This document shows, in pieces, positions 1 through 8,733 of a DNA stretch of 57,675 nt. Numbering within the stretch: the first letter of the stretch is position 1; every line of letters begins with the position of its first letter. Below the pieces are notes generated by a model that saw nothing but the letters and a program-made list of their open reading frames with translations, made no database searches and was not told where the DNA came from. The stretch comes from an uncultured bacterium (GTDB taxonomy: Bacteria; Omnitrophota; Gorgyraeia; Duberdicusellales; CBEUCJ01), in the NCBI GenBank assembly GCA_965541615.1, contig CBEUCJ010000006.1, positions 1 to 57,675 of the forward strand. The letters are read 5' to 3'. The position numbers were made by a program, and so were the translations under genes.

Positions 1-1
1 A

Positions 2-808
2 GCAGGTTTAAACCCTAATAGACCTCCAAAAGATTTTAAAGAATTTATTAAGTATGCAAAGATTTTGAAAGAAAAGCTTAGAGTAAATGGATTTGTATGT
101 GGTTGGGGAGAAGTTTGGCTTATTTATTGTTTAGTTACCGAATTTGCAATTAATATAATGGGTAAAGATAAATTTTTTGATACTTTGAGAGGAAAAGTTC
201 CTTATACTGATCCTGAATGGATAAAAGTATTTTCTTTATTTAAAGAAATGAGAGATGCTCAGATTTTAGCACCTAACATAGTTACTATGATAAACAAAGA
301 AGCAGAAGAATCTTTTGCTTTAGGAAAAGCTGGTTTTTCTTTTAATGGTTCTTGGTGCATAAATGTTTATAAAAAATTAAATCCAGATTTAGAATATGGA
401 GTCTTTCCATTGCCTACAGTTTCTGATAAAAAAAGTGTAAAAATCTGGGGAGGAGCAGGTTCTTCTTTTGTGGTAAATGCTAACTCTAAAAATAAAACAG
501 AAGCTATTAAATTTTTAAAATGGCTAACTGAACCTGAGCAACAAAAGTTCTTAATGGAAAAGACTTTAAACCTTCCAGCAGTTAAGATTCCTTTAGAAGA
601 AGTTTCACCTATTTTAAAAGAATTTTTAGATGATACAGGAAATTTAACTCATCCTAATGTTTGGCCTCTTCAAGAAGATTCTAGAGTAGTCGAAGTAATA
701 AACAGAGGTGTTCAGCAAATAATTATGGGGTTAAAGACCCCTGAACAAGTAGCTTTAGAAGTTCAAAAAGCAAAGGAGAGAGTCCTATTAACAAAGAGAT
801 CTCAATAA
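2..808 (+). CDS. ABC transporter extracellular solute-binding protein (sugar/CUT1-type), 5' partial
   Basis: The reading frame is open from base 2 with no stop before the listed ORF start at 65, so the gene runs off the left edge. The C-terminal half resembles family-1 sugar-binding proteins (KIWGGAGSSFVVNANSKNKTEAIKFLKWLTEPEQQ). Two cognate permease genes follow. Confidence 0.8.
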   Translation, partial: AGLNPNRPPKDFKEFIKYAKILKEKLRVNGFVCGWGEVWLIYCLVTEFAINIMGKDKFFDTLRGKVPYTDPEWIKVFSLFKEMRDAQILAPNIVTMINKEAEESFALGKAGFSFNGSWCINVYKKLNPDLEYGVFPLPTVSDKKSVKIWGGAGSSFVVNANSKNKTEAIKFLKWLTEPEQQKFLMEKTLNLPAVKIPLEEVSPILKEFLDDTGNLTHPNVWPLQEDSRVVEVINRGVQQIIMGLKTPEQVALEVQKAKERVLLTKRSQ

Positions 809-837
809 GAGAAAAATTTTATAACTTTTCATTTGTA

Positions 838-1674
838 TTGCCAGCCTTTTTAATATTTTCTGTATTTTACATTTATCCCTTCTTTTATACTCTCTTTCTA
901 AGTTTTTTTAAAGGAGATGCGATCAGTTACTTAGAATTTGTAGGTTTTAATAATTTTAAAGAAATTCTACTTTATGATAAAGCCTGGTGGCGTTCTATGT
1001 ATAATGCTGGTTTTATAACTTTTTGGGCTTTAACTTTTCAAAATATCTTAGCATTCTTATTAGCTTTAGGAGTAGATAAAGCTGTAAGAACTCAAAAATT
1101 TTATAGAGTGGTATTTTTTCTACTGCCTATTTTGTCAGAAATAATAATAGGATTATTGATGAGGATATTCTTGTTATCAGATCCTGGAGTTTTAAATCAC
1201 TTGTTAGAAAGGTTACATTTAGATTTTTTAAAAAGAGATTGGCTAGCTCCTCAAAGTGCATTGTTATCTTGTGCGTTAGTCCACTGTTGGAAAGGTTTTG
1301 GTTGGGCTTTTGTGATTATTTTAGCAGGTTTACAGAGTATTCCTGAGGAATTATATGAGGCAGCACGTGTAGATGGAGCAAATGCTTTCCAAAGTTTTTT
1401 AAAAATAACTTTGCCTTTAATGATCCCAGTGTTTACCTTGGTAGTTATTCTTACAATCTTGGGTACTATGCAAGCTTTTGCTATGATCTTAGCTTTGACG
1501 AGAGGAACAGGTGGTTTAACAGAAGTCCCTGTAATGAGGATCTATAACCATTTAAGGACAGGTCAAACATGCTATGCATGTAGTGAAGGTGTAGTTTTAG
1601 GGTTAATTTTAGTGATAGTAGCTTTTGGTATGCTCAAATTTTCTAAATTTGCCAGACAAAAGTATGGTTTATAA
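838..1674 (+). CDS. ABC sugar transporter permease (MalF/UgpA-type)
   Basis: Multi-pass membrane protein with the EAA loop LYEAARVDGANAFQSFLKITLPL. TTG at 838 is the first canonical start in a frame that is open from 745, so the start is uncertain. Confidence 0.88.
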   Translation: MPAFLIFSVFYIYPFFYTLFLSFFKGDAISYLEFVGFNNFKEILLYDKAWWRSMYNAGFITFWALTFQNILAFLLALGVDKAVRTQKFYRVVFFLLPILSEIIIGLLMRIFLLSDPGVLNHLLERLHLDFLKRDWLAPQSALLSCALVHCWKGFGWAFVIILAGLQSIPEELYEAARVDGANAFQSFLKITLPLMIPVFTLVVILTILGTMQAFAMILALTRGTGGLTEVPVMRIYNHLRTGQTCYACSEGVVLGLILVIVAFGMLKFSKFARQKYGL

Positions 1675-2500
1675 AGTTAAAAAATTAGTTTTATTAATAA
1701 TAGTTCACACTTTCCTGATGAGTGTAGCTTTAAGTTGTATCTTTCCTCTTTTGTGGATGGTAAATGTTTCATTTAAAAATAATTATGAGTTTAAAAAAGA
1801 CTATGGTTTACAATTGCCCAAAAGATTTGATTTTAAGAATTATGTAAGAGTCTTTAAGGAAGCAAAGATAGGAGTATATTTTTTAAACAGTGTATTTTAT
1901 ACTTTTGTTACTGTTTTAAGTATAGTTTTTATTTCTTCATTAGCTGCTTATGGATTTTCAAGATTAGAATTTAAAGGTAAAAATTTAATTTTTTATATGT
2001 TTTTAGCAGCTATGATGATCCCTTTACCAGCAGGATTCGTTCCAGTATATATTCTCTTAACCAAATTAAAATTGGTAAATAGGATAGGTTATATTTTGGC
2101 TATGACGAATATGGGTTTATCTTTGAGTATATATTTATTAAAAACTTTTTTTGATCAGTTACCTAGAGACTTAGAAGATGCAGCCAAAATCGATGGTTGT
2201 AGTAAACTTGGTATCTGGTGGAATGTAGCTTTACCTTTAGTCAAACCTGCTTTAGGGGTAGTTGTAATATTTAATTCTTTAAATGTATGGAATGAATTCG
2301 TTTTAGCTTCCTTAATGTTTACAGATGAGAATCTGATGCCTTTGCAAGTAGGATTAATGGAAATTTATAATAAAAATGTTATAGATTATACTTTGATAAT
2401 GAGTGGCTTGACTTTAGCATGCATTCCTATTATTCTAATTTATTTAAGAACTCAAAAATATATAATTAAAGGAATTACAGCAGGTGCATTGGTAGGATGA
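1664..2500 (+). CDS. ABC sugar transporter permease (MalG/UgpE-type)
   Basis: The ORF is open from TTG 1625. ATG 1664 (MVYKVKK...) is the more plausible start and overlaps the end of the preceding permease gene. EAA loop LEDAAKIDGCSKLGIWWNVALPLVKP. Confidence 0.88.
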   Translation: MVYKVKKLVLLIIVHTFLMSVALSCIFPLLWMVNVSFKNNYEFKKDYGLQLPKRFDFKNYVRVFKEAKIGVYFLNSVFYTFVTVLSIVFISSLAAYGFSRLEFKGKNLIFYMFLAAMMIPLPAGFVPVYILLTKLKLVNRIGYILAMTNMGLSLSIYLLKTFFDQLPRDLEDAAKIDGCSKLGIWWNVALPLVKPALGVVVIFNSLNVWNEFVLASLMFTDENLMPLQVGLMEIYNKNVIDYTLIMSGLTLACIPIILIYLRTQKYIIKGITAGALVG

Positions 2501-4770
2501 GAAAGATTTTTTTTATATCAAGTTTTTTAATTCTTTTTTTAAGCATAAATTTATATTCTCAAAAAACTTCAACAGAATTTGTAAAAGAATGCTGGCAAGC
2601 TTTAAGTAAAAGAAAATTTAATAAAGTTTATGAATTAGTAGATGAATGTATAAAATTATATGGAAAAAAAGCTTTGGAAATCTCTAAATCTTTAAAAGAT
2701 TTCCCTCCTAAAGGAGAAGAATCTTTATATAACATAATGAATGATGTAGCTACCTGTCTTTTTATTAAAGGAGAAGCTTTAATGAGAGAGGGGAGAAATC
2801 AAGAAGCAAAAGAAGTCTTTAAGAAATTAATTAAGGATTTTCCTTATGCTCAAAGCTGGGATCCTCGTGGTTGGTGGTGGAAGATAGCTGAGAAATCAAA
2901 ATTGAGTTTAGATAAATTAGAAAAGGGAATCTTAGAAGAAGAGTTAAAAAAGCCTACAGCCCGTACAAAAGTAATTTTATTTAATCCAGGAAAAGACCTT
3001 GTAGATTATGAAAAATACGGCGAATTTCTAAATGAAGGGACTCAACACTATAAATACAAAATTAAAGATTTAGCAGGTTTAATAAAAGCTGTAGGAGAAG
3101 GAGTCTGGCCTAATACTCGTTCTTTCATGAAGAATCCTAGATTTAAAATTGTTAAAAATAAAAAAGCATTTAAAAAACTTAATCACTGGCAGATTTTAAA
3201 TACTCAGGATTTAGAAACAGCTTTCTTTAAATGGTGCATAGCTCCTGAATCTGAAGCTGTAAAACAATTCTTTAGAGCTCAAATATTAGAAAGATCAGGT
3301 CTAATTAAGCAAGCTATAAAAGGATATTATGCAATCTTGGTGCATTTTCCTAAGAGTTATGGATGGACTTACTGGCATACACCATGGTACTTAGCAAAAG
3401 TTTGCGCTACAAGAATAAAGTATTTAATATCTAAACATCCAGAGTTAAATATGAAATTTGAAGGTTGCAAGATAAAGATAATAAATGGTTTTGATAATGA
3501 TGTTTCAAATGACATTTTTATTATAAGTCCAGGAAGAATAAAAAGAGTAGATTCATCAGAGAAAGTGGAAAAAGAGAAAAAAAGAGAATTGGGTAAAATA
3601 ATAGAAGAAAGAACTAAAGGGAAGATTAGATTGGTAAAATATGAATCAGGAGATTGGCAATTGCTGGTAGATGGAAAACCCTTTTTAATAAAAGCAGTTA
3701 CTTACTCTCCTACCCGAGTAGGAGAATCGCCTGATGAAGGCACTTTAAGAAACTGGACAAAATACGATTACAACAATAACAGAATAATAGATTGCTTTGA
3801 AGTTTTTGTAGATAAAAATAAGAATAATAAAAAAGACCCAGATGAAGAAGTTACCTCAGACTTCGCTTTAATGAAAGAAATGGGAGTAAATGCTATAAGG
3901 ATTTATCATCAGCCATTTAAACTTAACAAAAAAGTTTTAAGAGAGATGTACCAAAAATACAAAATATATGTTCTCATGGGTGATTTCTTAGGTAAGTATG
4001 CTTTGGGATCAGGAGCAGATTGGTTTGAAGGCACAGACTATGACAACCCTGAACATCAAAAAAACATGATAGAATCTGTCAAAAAAATGGTTTTAGAATT
4101 TAAAGACGAACCTTACATATTAGCTTGGATTTTAGGGAATGAAAATAATTATGGAATAGCTTGCAATGCTGATAAAAAGCCTGAGAGTTTCTATAAGTTT
4201 GCAAACCGAGTTGCAGGGATTATCAAAGAAATAGACCCTTACCACCCTGTTATTCTGTGTAATGGTGATACACTTTATTTGGATATTTTTGCTAAATACT
4301 GTGATAATATAGATATCTTTGGGACCAATGCTTATAGAGGTAAGTATGGTTTTGGATTTTTATGGCAAGATGTAAAAGATTTATGCGATAAACCAGTTTT
4401 AATCACTGAATATGGAGCACCAGCTTTTGGAGAAGGTTACACTTTAGAAGAAGCTGAAGCCTATCAAGCTGAATACCATAAATCTTGTTGGCAAGATATT
4501 TTAAGAAACTCTGCAGGTTCAGGTTGTGGAAATGCTTTAGGAGGTGTGGTTTTTGAATGGGTAGATGAATGGTGGAAAGCATACGAACCTTCTTATCATG
4601 ATAAGAAAGGAGTATTTAGCGGTCCTTTTTTAGATGGATACATGCATGAAGAGTGGTTAGGAATATGTAGTCAAGGAGATGGCAAAAATTCTCCTTTTTT
4701 AAGACAGTTAAGAAAAGTTTATTATGTTTTAAAGGAACTCTGGAAAGAAAAGGGAGGTGAGGTAAAGTGA
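2497..4770 (+). CDS. Secreted glycoside hydrolase: N-terminal helical/TPR-like region plus GH2-type (clan GH-A) TIM barrel
   Basis: Signal peptide MRKIFFISSFLILFLSINLYS. Acid/base-like motif WILGNENNYG and nucleophile-like motif LITEYGAP are 89 residues apart, a spacing like that of GH2 beta-glucuronidase. FEWVDEWWK motif is shared with the 5943 paralog. ATGA overlap with the upstream permease gene. Confidence 0.6.
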   Translation: MRKIFFISSFLILFLSINLYSQKTSTEFVKECWQALSKRKFNKVYELVDECIKLYGKKALEISKSLKDFPPKGEESLYNIMNDVATCLFIKGEALMREGRNQEAKEVFKKLIKDFPYAQSWDPRGWWWKIAEKSKLSLDKLEKGILEEELKKPTARTKVILFNPGKDLVDYEKYGEFLNEGTQHYKYKIKDLAGLIKAVGEGVWPNTRSFMKNPRFKIVKNKKAFKKLNHWQILNTQDLETAFFKWCIAPESEAVKQFFRAQILERSGLIKQAIKGYYAILVHFPKSYGWTYWHTPWYLAKVCATRIKYLISKHPELNMKFEGCKIKIINGFDNDVSNDIFIISPGRIKRVDSSEKVEKEKKRELGKIIEERTKGKIRLVKYESGDWQLLVDGKPFLIKAVTYSPTRVGESPDEGTLRNWTKYDYNNNRIIDCFEVFVDKNKNNKKDPDEEVTSDFALMKEMGVNAIRIYHQPFKLNKKVLREMYQKYKIYVLMGDFLGKYALGSGADWFEGTDYDNPEHQKNMIESVKKMVLEFKDEPYILAWILGNENNYGIACNADKKPESFYKFANRVAGIIKEIDPYHPVILCNGDTLYLDIFAKYCDNIDIFGTNAYRGKYGFGFLWQDVKDLCDKPVLITEYGAPAFGEGYTLEEAEAYQAEYHKSCWQDILRNSAGSGCGNALGGVVFEWVDEWWKAYEPSYHDKKGVFSGPFLDGYMHEEWLGICSQGDGKNSPFLRQLRKVYYVLKELWKEKGGEVK

Positions 4771-5903
4771 AAAGGTTAAGTTATTTTTTAATTTTGATTG
4801 TAAGTTTATATTTACTTCCAGCTTTTTGCCAGGAGAAATCATTTGATATTTATACTGACAAGACATCTCCTAAAAATCATTATGCTCCTTCTGGTTGGAT
4901 GGGAGACTATGGAGATCTTGAGTTAAATGATGAATGCAAAGTAGATCCTTTTGAAGGTACGACTTGTATTAAGATAGTTTATTCTGCTAAAAAATCTCAA
5001 GGAAAAGGATGGGCAGGCATTTACTGGCAGAATCCACCTAATAACTGGGGAGAAAGAAAAGGAGGTTATGATTTAACAGGATTTAACAAACTTGTATTCT
5101 GGGCAAAAGGAGAAAAGGGCACAGAGATTATAAATAAAGTAAAGATAGGAGGAATAAAAGGAGCTTATCCTGATTCAACAGAAGTAGAAATAGGTCCTAT
5201 TCAATTGACTAAAGAATGGAAAGAATACAGCATTAATTTAGTAGGCAAAGACTTATCTTACATAAGTGGTGGTTTCTGTATTATCTTTACTGCAGATCAG
5301 AATCCTGAAGGTTGCACGATTTATTTAGATAATATAAAGTATGTATATGAACCAGGCTTAGAACCAGAAGCAAAAAAGGTGACGTTCCCTTTTTACATAT
5401 ATGCAGATGCAAAAAGTTTAGATAATCATTATATTCCTTCAGGCTATATGGGAGATTGGGGAGATTTAAAAGTAGATCAAAGTTGCACAGAAAACCCCTA
5501 TTCAGGTCAAACCTGTATAAAGATAACTTATACTGGTAAGTGTTCTCAAGGTGCAAGATGGGCAGGCATTTACTGGCAGAATCCAGCTAATAACTGGGGA
5601 ACAGCTGATGGTGGTTATGATTTGACAGGTGCTACAAGACTTACTTTTTGGGCAAGAGGTCAAAAAGGCGGTGAGAGAATAGAAGAATTTAAAGTTGGTG
5701 GAATTATGGGGGAATATTCAGATTCAGATTCAGCTTCTATTGGGCCTGTGATTTTAACAAAAGAATGGAGGAAATACACAATTGATTTAAGAGGTAAAGA
5801 TTTATCTTACATAATAGGAGGATTCTGTTTTTCTTTAAATGTAGATAATAATCCTCAAGGATGCACTTTTTATTTAGATGAAATAAAATTTGAAAAAGAT
5901 TAG
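4767..5903 (+). CDS. Secreted protein built from two tandem ~185-aa modules (possible carbohydrate-binding modules, family unassigned)
   Basis: Signal peptide. The two halves (about nt 4836-5366 and 5379-5900) share HY(A/I)PSG(W/Y)MGD(Y/W)GDL, TCIKI.Y, WAGIYWQNP.NNWG, GGYDLTG, LTKEW..Y.I.L.GKDLSYI.GGFC and NP.GCT.YLD.IK. GTGA overlap with the upstream hydrolase gene. Confidence 0.55.
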   Translation: MKRLSYFLILIVSLYLLPAFCQEKSFDIYTDKTSPKNHYAPSGWMGDYGDLELNDECKVDPFEGTTCIKIVYSAKKSQGKGWAGIYWQNPPNNWGERKGGYDLTGFNKLVFWAKGEKGTEIINKVKIGGIKGAYPDSTEVEIGPIQLTKEWKEYSINLVGKDLSYISGGFCIIFTADQNPEGCTIYLDNIKYVYEPGLEPEAKKVTFPFYIYADAKSLDNHYIPSGYMGDWGDLKVDQSCTENPYSGQTCIKITYTGKCSQGARWAGIYWQNPANNWGTADGGYDLTGATRLTFWARGQKGGERIEEFKVGGIMGEYSDSDSASIGPVILTKEWRKYTIDLRGKDLSYIIGGFCFSLNVDNNPQGCTFYLDEIKFEKD

Positions 5904-5942
5904 TTAAATAGTAACTTATAATTAGTTTGTTTTTAAATTTTA

Positions 5943-7217
5943 ATGAGAAAAAGCACTACTATATTTTTCTTAACATTATTGTTAACCTTATATAGTGGGA
6001 AAGATACACATTGCTCAAAAAATAGACCAACTAAAGTAAAAATAAAAAGGTATCGGAAAGGATTTAGATTATTGGTAAATAGAAAACCTTTCATAATCAG
6101 AGGAGTCTGTTATAATCCTGTTCCTATAGGTAAAGGACCTACTTATAATTTCTTTAATTCTGAATCTGAACCTTGGAAAGTAGATGCACCATTGATGAAA
6201 GAGATGGGGATAAACACGATAAGAATTTATAATATTCCTCTTGAAAGTTTAGAATCTGCCAAAAAAGTTATAAGATTCTTTTATGAAAAATACAGAATCT
6301 ATACAATTGTAGGAGACTGGTTAGGTTTTTGGAATTATCCTGCACCTTTTTATGGAGATAAAGAATTTAGAAAAAAAGTTAAAGAGAAAGTTCTAAAAGT
6401 AGTAAAAGAACTGAAAGATGAAAAAGGAATCTTATGTTGGATATTGGGAAATGAGAATAATTATTCTTTTGATGGAAGAGTTCAAAATTGGACTACACAA
6501 GAAATTGAGAAGATTTCAGATCCTATTGAGAAACGAAAAAAGAAAGCAGAGATCTATTATTCTTTGGTAGAGGAAATTGCAAAAGAAATTAAGAAGATAG
6601 ACAAATATCATCCTGTAGGCTTGGGTAATGGTGAGTTAACAGGTTTAGAAATAGCTTCTAAGATTTGCAGACACATAGATTTTTTAGCTTTAGTAGTTTA
6701 TAGAGGAAAGACATTTGGAAACATTTATAAATCAGTAAAGTTCACTTTCAATAAGCCAATACTTTTTAGTGAAATGGGAGCAGATAGTTACAATGCATAT
6801 TTGAAGAAAGAAGATCAAGAAATGCAAGCCTTTTTCCTCAAATCTCAATGGATAGAAATTTATAAAAATATCTATCCAAGAGGTGAAGGAAATGTTTTAG
6901 GAGGAGTTATTTTTGAATGGATAGATGAGTGGTGGAAGCATAATCCAGAAAATGTTTATGATTGGAAGGTGCATAACACAGAAGCTGGTTGGTCAAACCC
7001 TTCTTATTATTTTGACATAAAAACAGATAAAAATTTAAATATGAATGAAGAATGGTTTGGGATAGTAAAACAATTAGAGGTGTTAGAAAACGGAGTTCAT
7101 AAAAGAGAACCCCGCAAAGCATTCTATGTCCTTAAAGCTTTCTGGAAAGATCCAGAAAAGTTTCTTCAAAAAGCCTCTAAAAGAAAAAAGTCTTTGAATG
7201 TAAAATATGAGCAGTAA
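5943..7217 (+). CDS. Secreted GH2-type (clan GH-A) TIM-barrel glycoside hydrolase, paralog of 2497..4770
   Basis: Signal peptide. Motifs WILGNENNYS, LFSEMGADS and FEWIDEWWKHN line up with the catalytic region of the 757-aa paralog. Confidence 0.6.
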   Translation: MRKSTTIFFLTLLLTLYSGKDTHCSKNRPTKVKIKRYRKGFRLLVNRKPFIIRGVCYNPVPIGKGPTYNFFNSESEPWKVDAPLMKEMGINTIRIYNIPLESLESAKKVIRFFYEKYRIYTIVGDWLGFWNYPAPFYGDKEFRKKVKEKVLKVVKELKDEKGILCWILGNENNYSFDGRVQNWTTQEIEKISDPIEKRKKKAEIYYSLVEEIAKEIKKIDKYHPVGLGNGELTGLEIASKICRHIDFLALVVYRGKTFGNIYKSVKFTFNKPILFSEMGADSYNAYLKKEDQEMQAFFLKSQWIEIYKNIYPRGEGNVLGGVIFEWIDEWWKHNPENVYDWKVHNTEAGWSNPSYYFDIKTDKNLNMNEEWFGIVKQLEVLENGVHKREPRKAFYVLKAFWKDPEKFLQKASKRKKSLNVKYEQ

Positions 7218-8662
7218 AGGTACATGGTATACACTTTTATAATCACTACTTTCCATCTTTTCTGCTAACCATTCTAATCTAATAGGAAGCAAATTCAAGA
7301 TTTTATCACATAAATTAGGTTCTTTTTCTTTAAGGAGTTGATAAGGAGATTATTAAAGAATAAAAAGATAAGCATAACTTTTAATAAAGAAATCATCTTG
7401 ATCATCAAATCTTTCACATTCATAGAATTCATCTTCAATTATCTTATGAAAAGCCTCAATATCAGAATTAAATGTAGGACTTCTTGTGGGTATTCTTTGA
7501 TGTTCTATGTTATTGTTTCCTAAAACCTTCTCAAAAAATGATCTCTTTTTAAAGTTCTTCTTTACACTTCCTATAAACTCACTTCCATTATCTGTCTGAA
7601 AGATAATTTTCATGGTTTGAGGAGAGATATTGTATTTTTTAAGGTGTGCTATCACATACAATGCAAATAATCCTGCATAAAAAGAGTTATTTTCATTACT
7701 GTAAGCATAAAAACTTAATCCTGTAGATAATTCTCTAAAAGTATATTGATAACGAGGAAGATTCAGTCTTTTCATGTAAACCCAGTATTGAGGAATGTCA
7801 GATAAATCTTTTACATCAATCTGGTTATATTCAAAAACTTTATATTTTCTTTTAATTTCCTGTAATTCTTTCTTCTTTATATGCTTTCTTTTCTTTTTCT
7901 TTATCCTTCCATTTTGTCTTAACACTCTATTTATTGCTGTATGGGAATATTTTAGTTTATATCTTAATTTTAGTCTTTTTGCTCCCCAAGAAGGATGTTT
8001 ATCTCTTAAAGAAAGTATAATATTCTTCATCTTCCTTTGGCATTTTATGAGGTATTCTTTTAGGTTTTTTGGGTTTATTTTTTAGTCCTTCTAAGCCTTC
8101 TTCTCTGTATCTTCTTAAATACTTATAAACAGTCTTCCTTGTTGTCTTAAATTCTCTACTTGCCTTTGATACTCCAAATTCCAAAGCATATCTTACCATT
8201 TTAAGCCTATAATCAAAAAAGTTCATTATTCCTGAATATATGCTATAATAAGTCATAGCCCGACCCTCCTTTTTGGAGAGTGTTAAAAGAAAAAGAAGAT
8301 AATATTTTACTATAAACCCTCCAATCTGATAGGGGGTCGGGCTCAATGAATGTATTGTTCCTAATAAATTCTTTAAATCTTTGCCATTTTTTGTTTTCTT
8401 TTCCTAAAAATATCAGTTTGGTGTTTATTATATTAGTAGGCTGGTAAATTGAATGGTTTGTTTGGGAATTATTTAAATTTCCTTTTTTTCTTAATTTTTT
8501 CCTCAAAGATAGATTTACTTTAGAGGAAGAAGGAATCTTCTTTATTTTCTTGTTAGAAAAAACCTTTAATCTTGATGCGTGCTTTTTTAACCTTTTAAAT
8601 AGCTTCTTATCAAAAAATGATAGGGGTTTTAGGTGTATACCATGTGGATTTACTTTTCTTTT
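7212..8662 (-). mobile_element. IS481-like insertion sequence (about 1.45 kb)
   Basis: Perfect 13-bp terminal inverted repeat: ACATGGTATACAC at 7222-7234 and GTGTATACCATGT at 8633-8645. Encodes an HTH plus rve (DDE) transposase on the minus strand. Both ends recur at 53657-54228. Confidence 0.8.
7353..8256 (-). pseudogene. IS481-family DDE transposase, split by a +1 frameshift into an HTH part (7999..8256) and an rve part (7353..8030)
   Basis: N-terminal part: MTYYSIYSG...VSKASREFKTTRKTVYKYLRRYREEGLEGLKNKPKKPKRIPHK, with AGGAGGG 8 nt before ATG 8256. C-terminal part carries IDVKDL, FQTDNGSEF and DIEAFHKIIEDEF (D, D, E). The expected continuous reading ...KEDEE/IILSLRDKHPSWGAKRL needs a 1-nt correction near 8010-8030. 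Confidence 0.75.
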
Positions 8663-8733
8663 GAATGTAAAATAAATCTTTACATCCAAAGAAAATTCCG
8701 ATATAATTTTTTGCAAGTAATTTTTTGATAAAG

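Noticed and set aside
5287-5556. An antisense 89-aa ORF inside the tandem-module gene. Similar antisense or out-of-frame ORFs occur at 6907..7122, 7083..7298, 10142..10522, 10852..11124, 12678..12914, 13230..13412, 18436..18735, 20819..21025, 24897..25106, 25508..25696, 27964..28191, 28661..28879, 29709..29948, 32175..32444, 32510..32692, 33039..33224, 34273..34530, 35047..35244, 35445..35678, 38071..38253, 40348..40635, 49710..49895, 52091..52321, 52705..52932, 55451..55669 and 56532..56714.
   Set aside because: All are embedded in much longer ORFs with recognisable family motifs. Their translations are low-complexity (Leu/Phe/Ser/Lys-rich), as expected for spurious frames in AT-rich DNA.
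7999-8030. IS3-style programmed -1 ribosomal frameshift joining the two transposase ORFs.
   Set aside because: The downstream ORF is in the +1 frame relative to the upstream one. No slippery A-AAA-AAG-type heptamer is present in the overlap. IS481-type transposases are normally single ORFs, so a mutation or sequencing error is more likely.
7338-8085. Plus-strand ORFs 7338..7523 and 7795..8085, and the similar 53783..54001 in the second copy.
   Set aside because: They are antisense to the transposase gene. They recur at 53.8 kb only because that sequence is the same IS end, and the reading frame diverges after the shared DNA ends.
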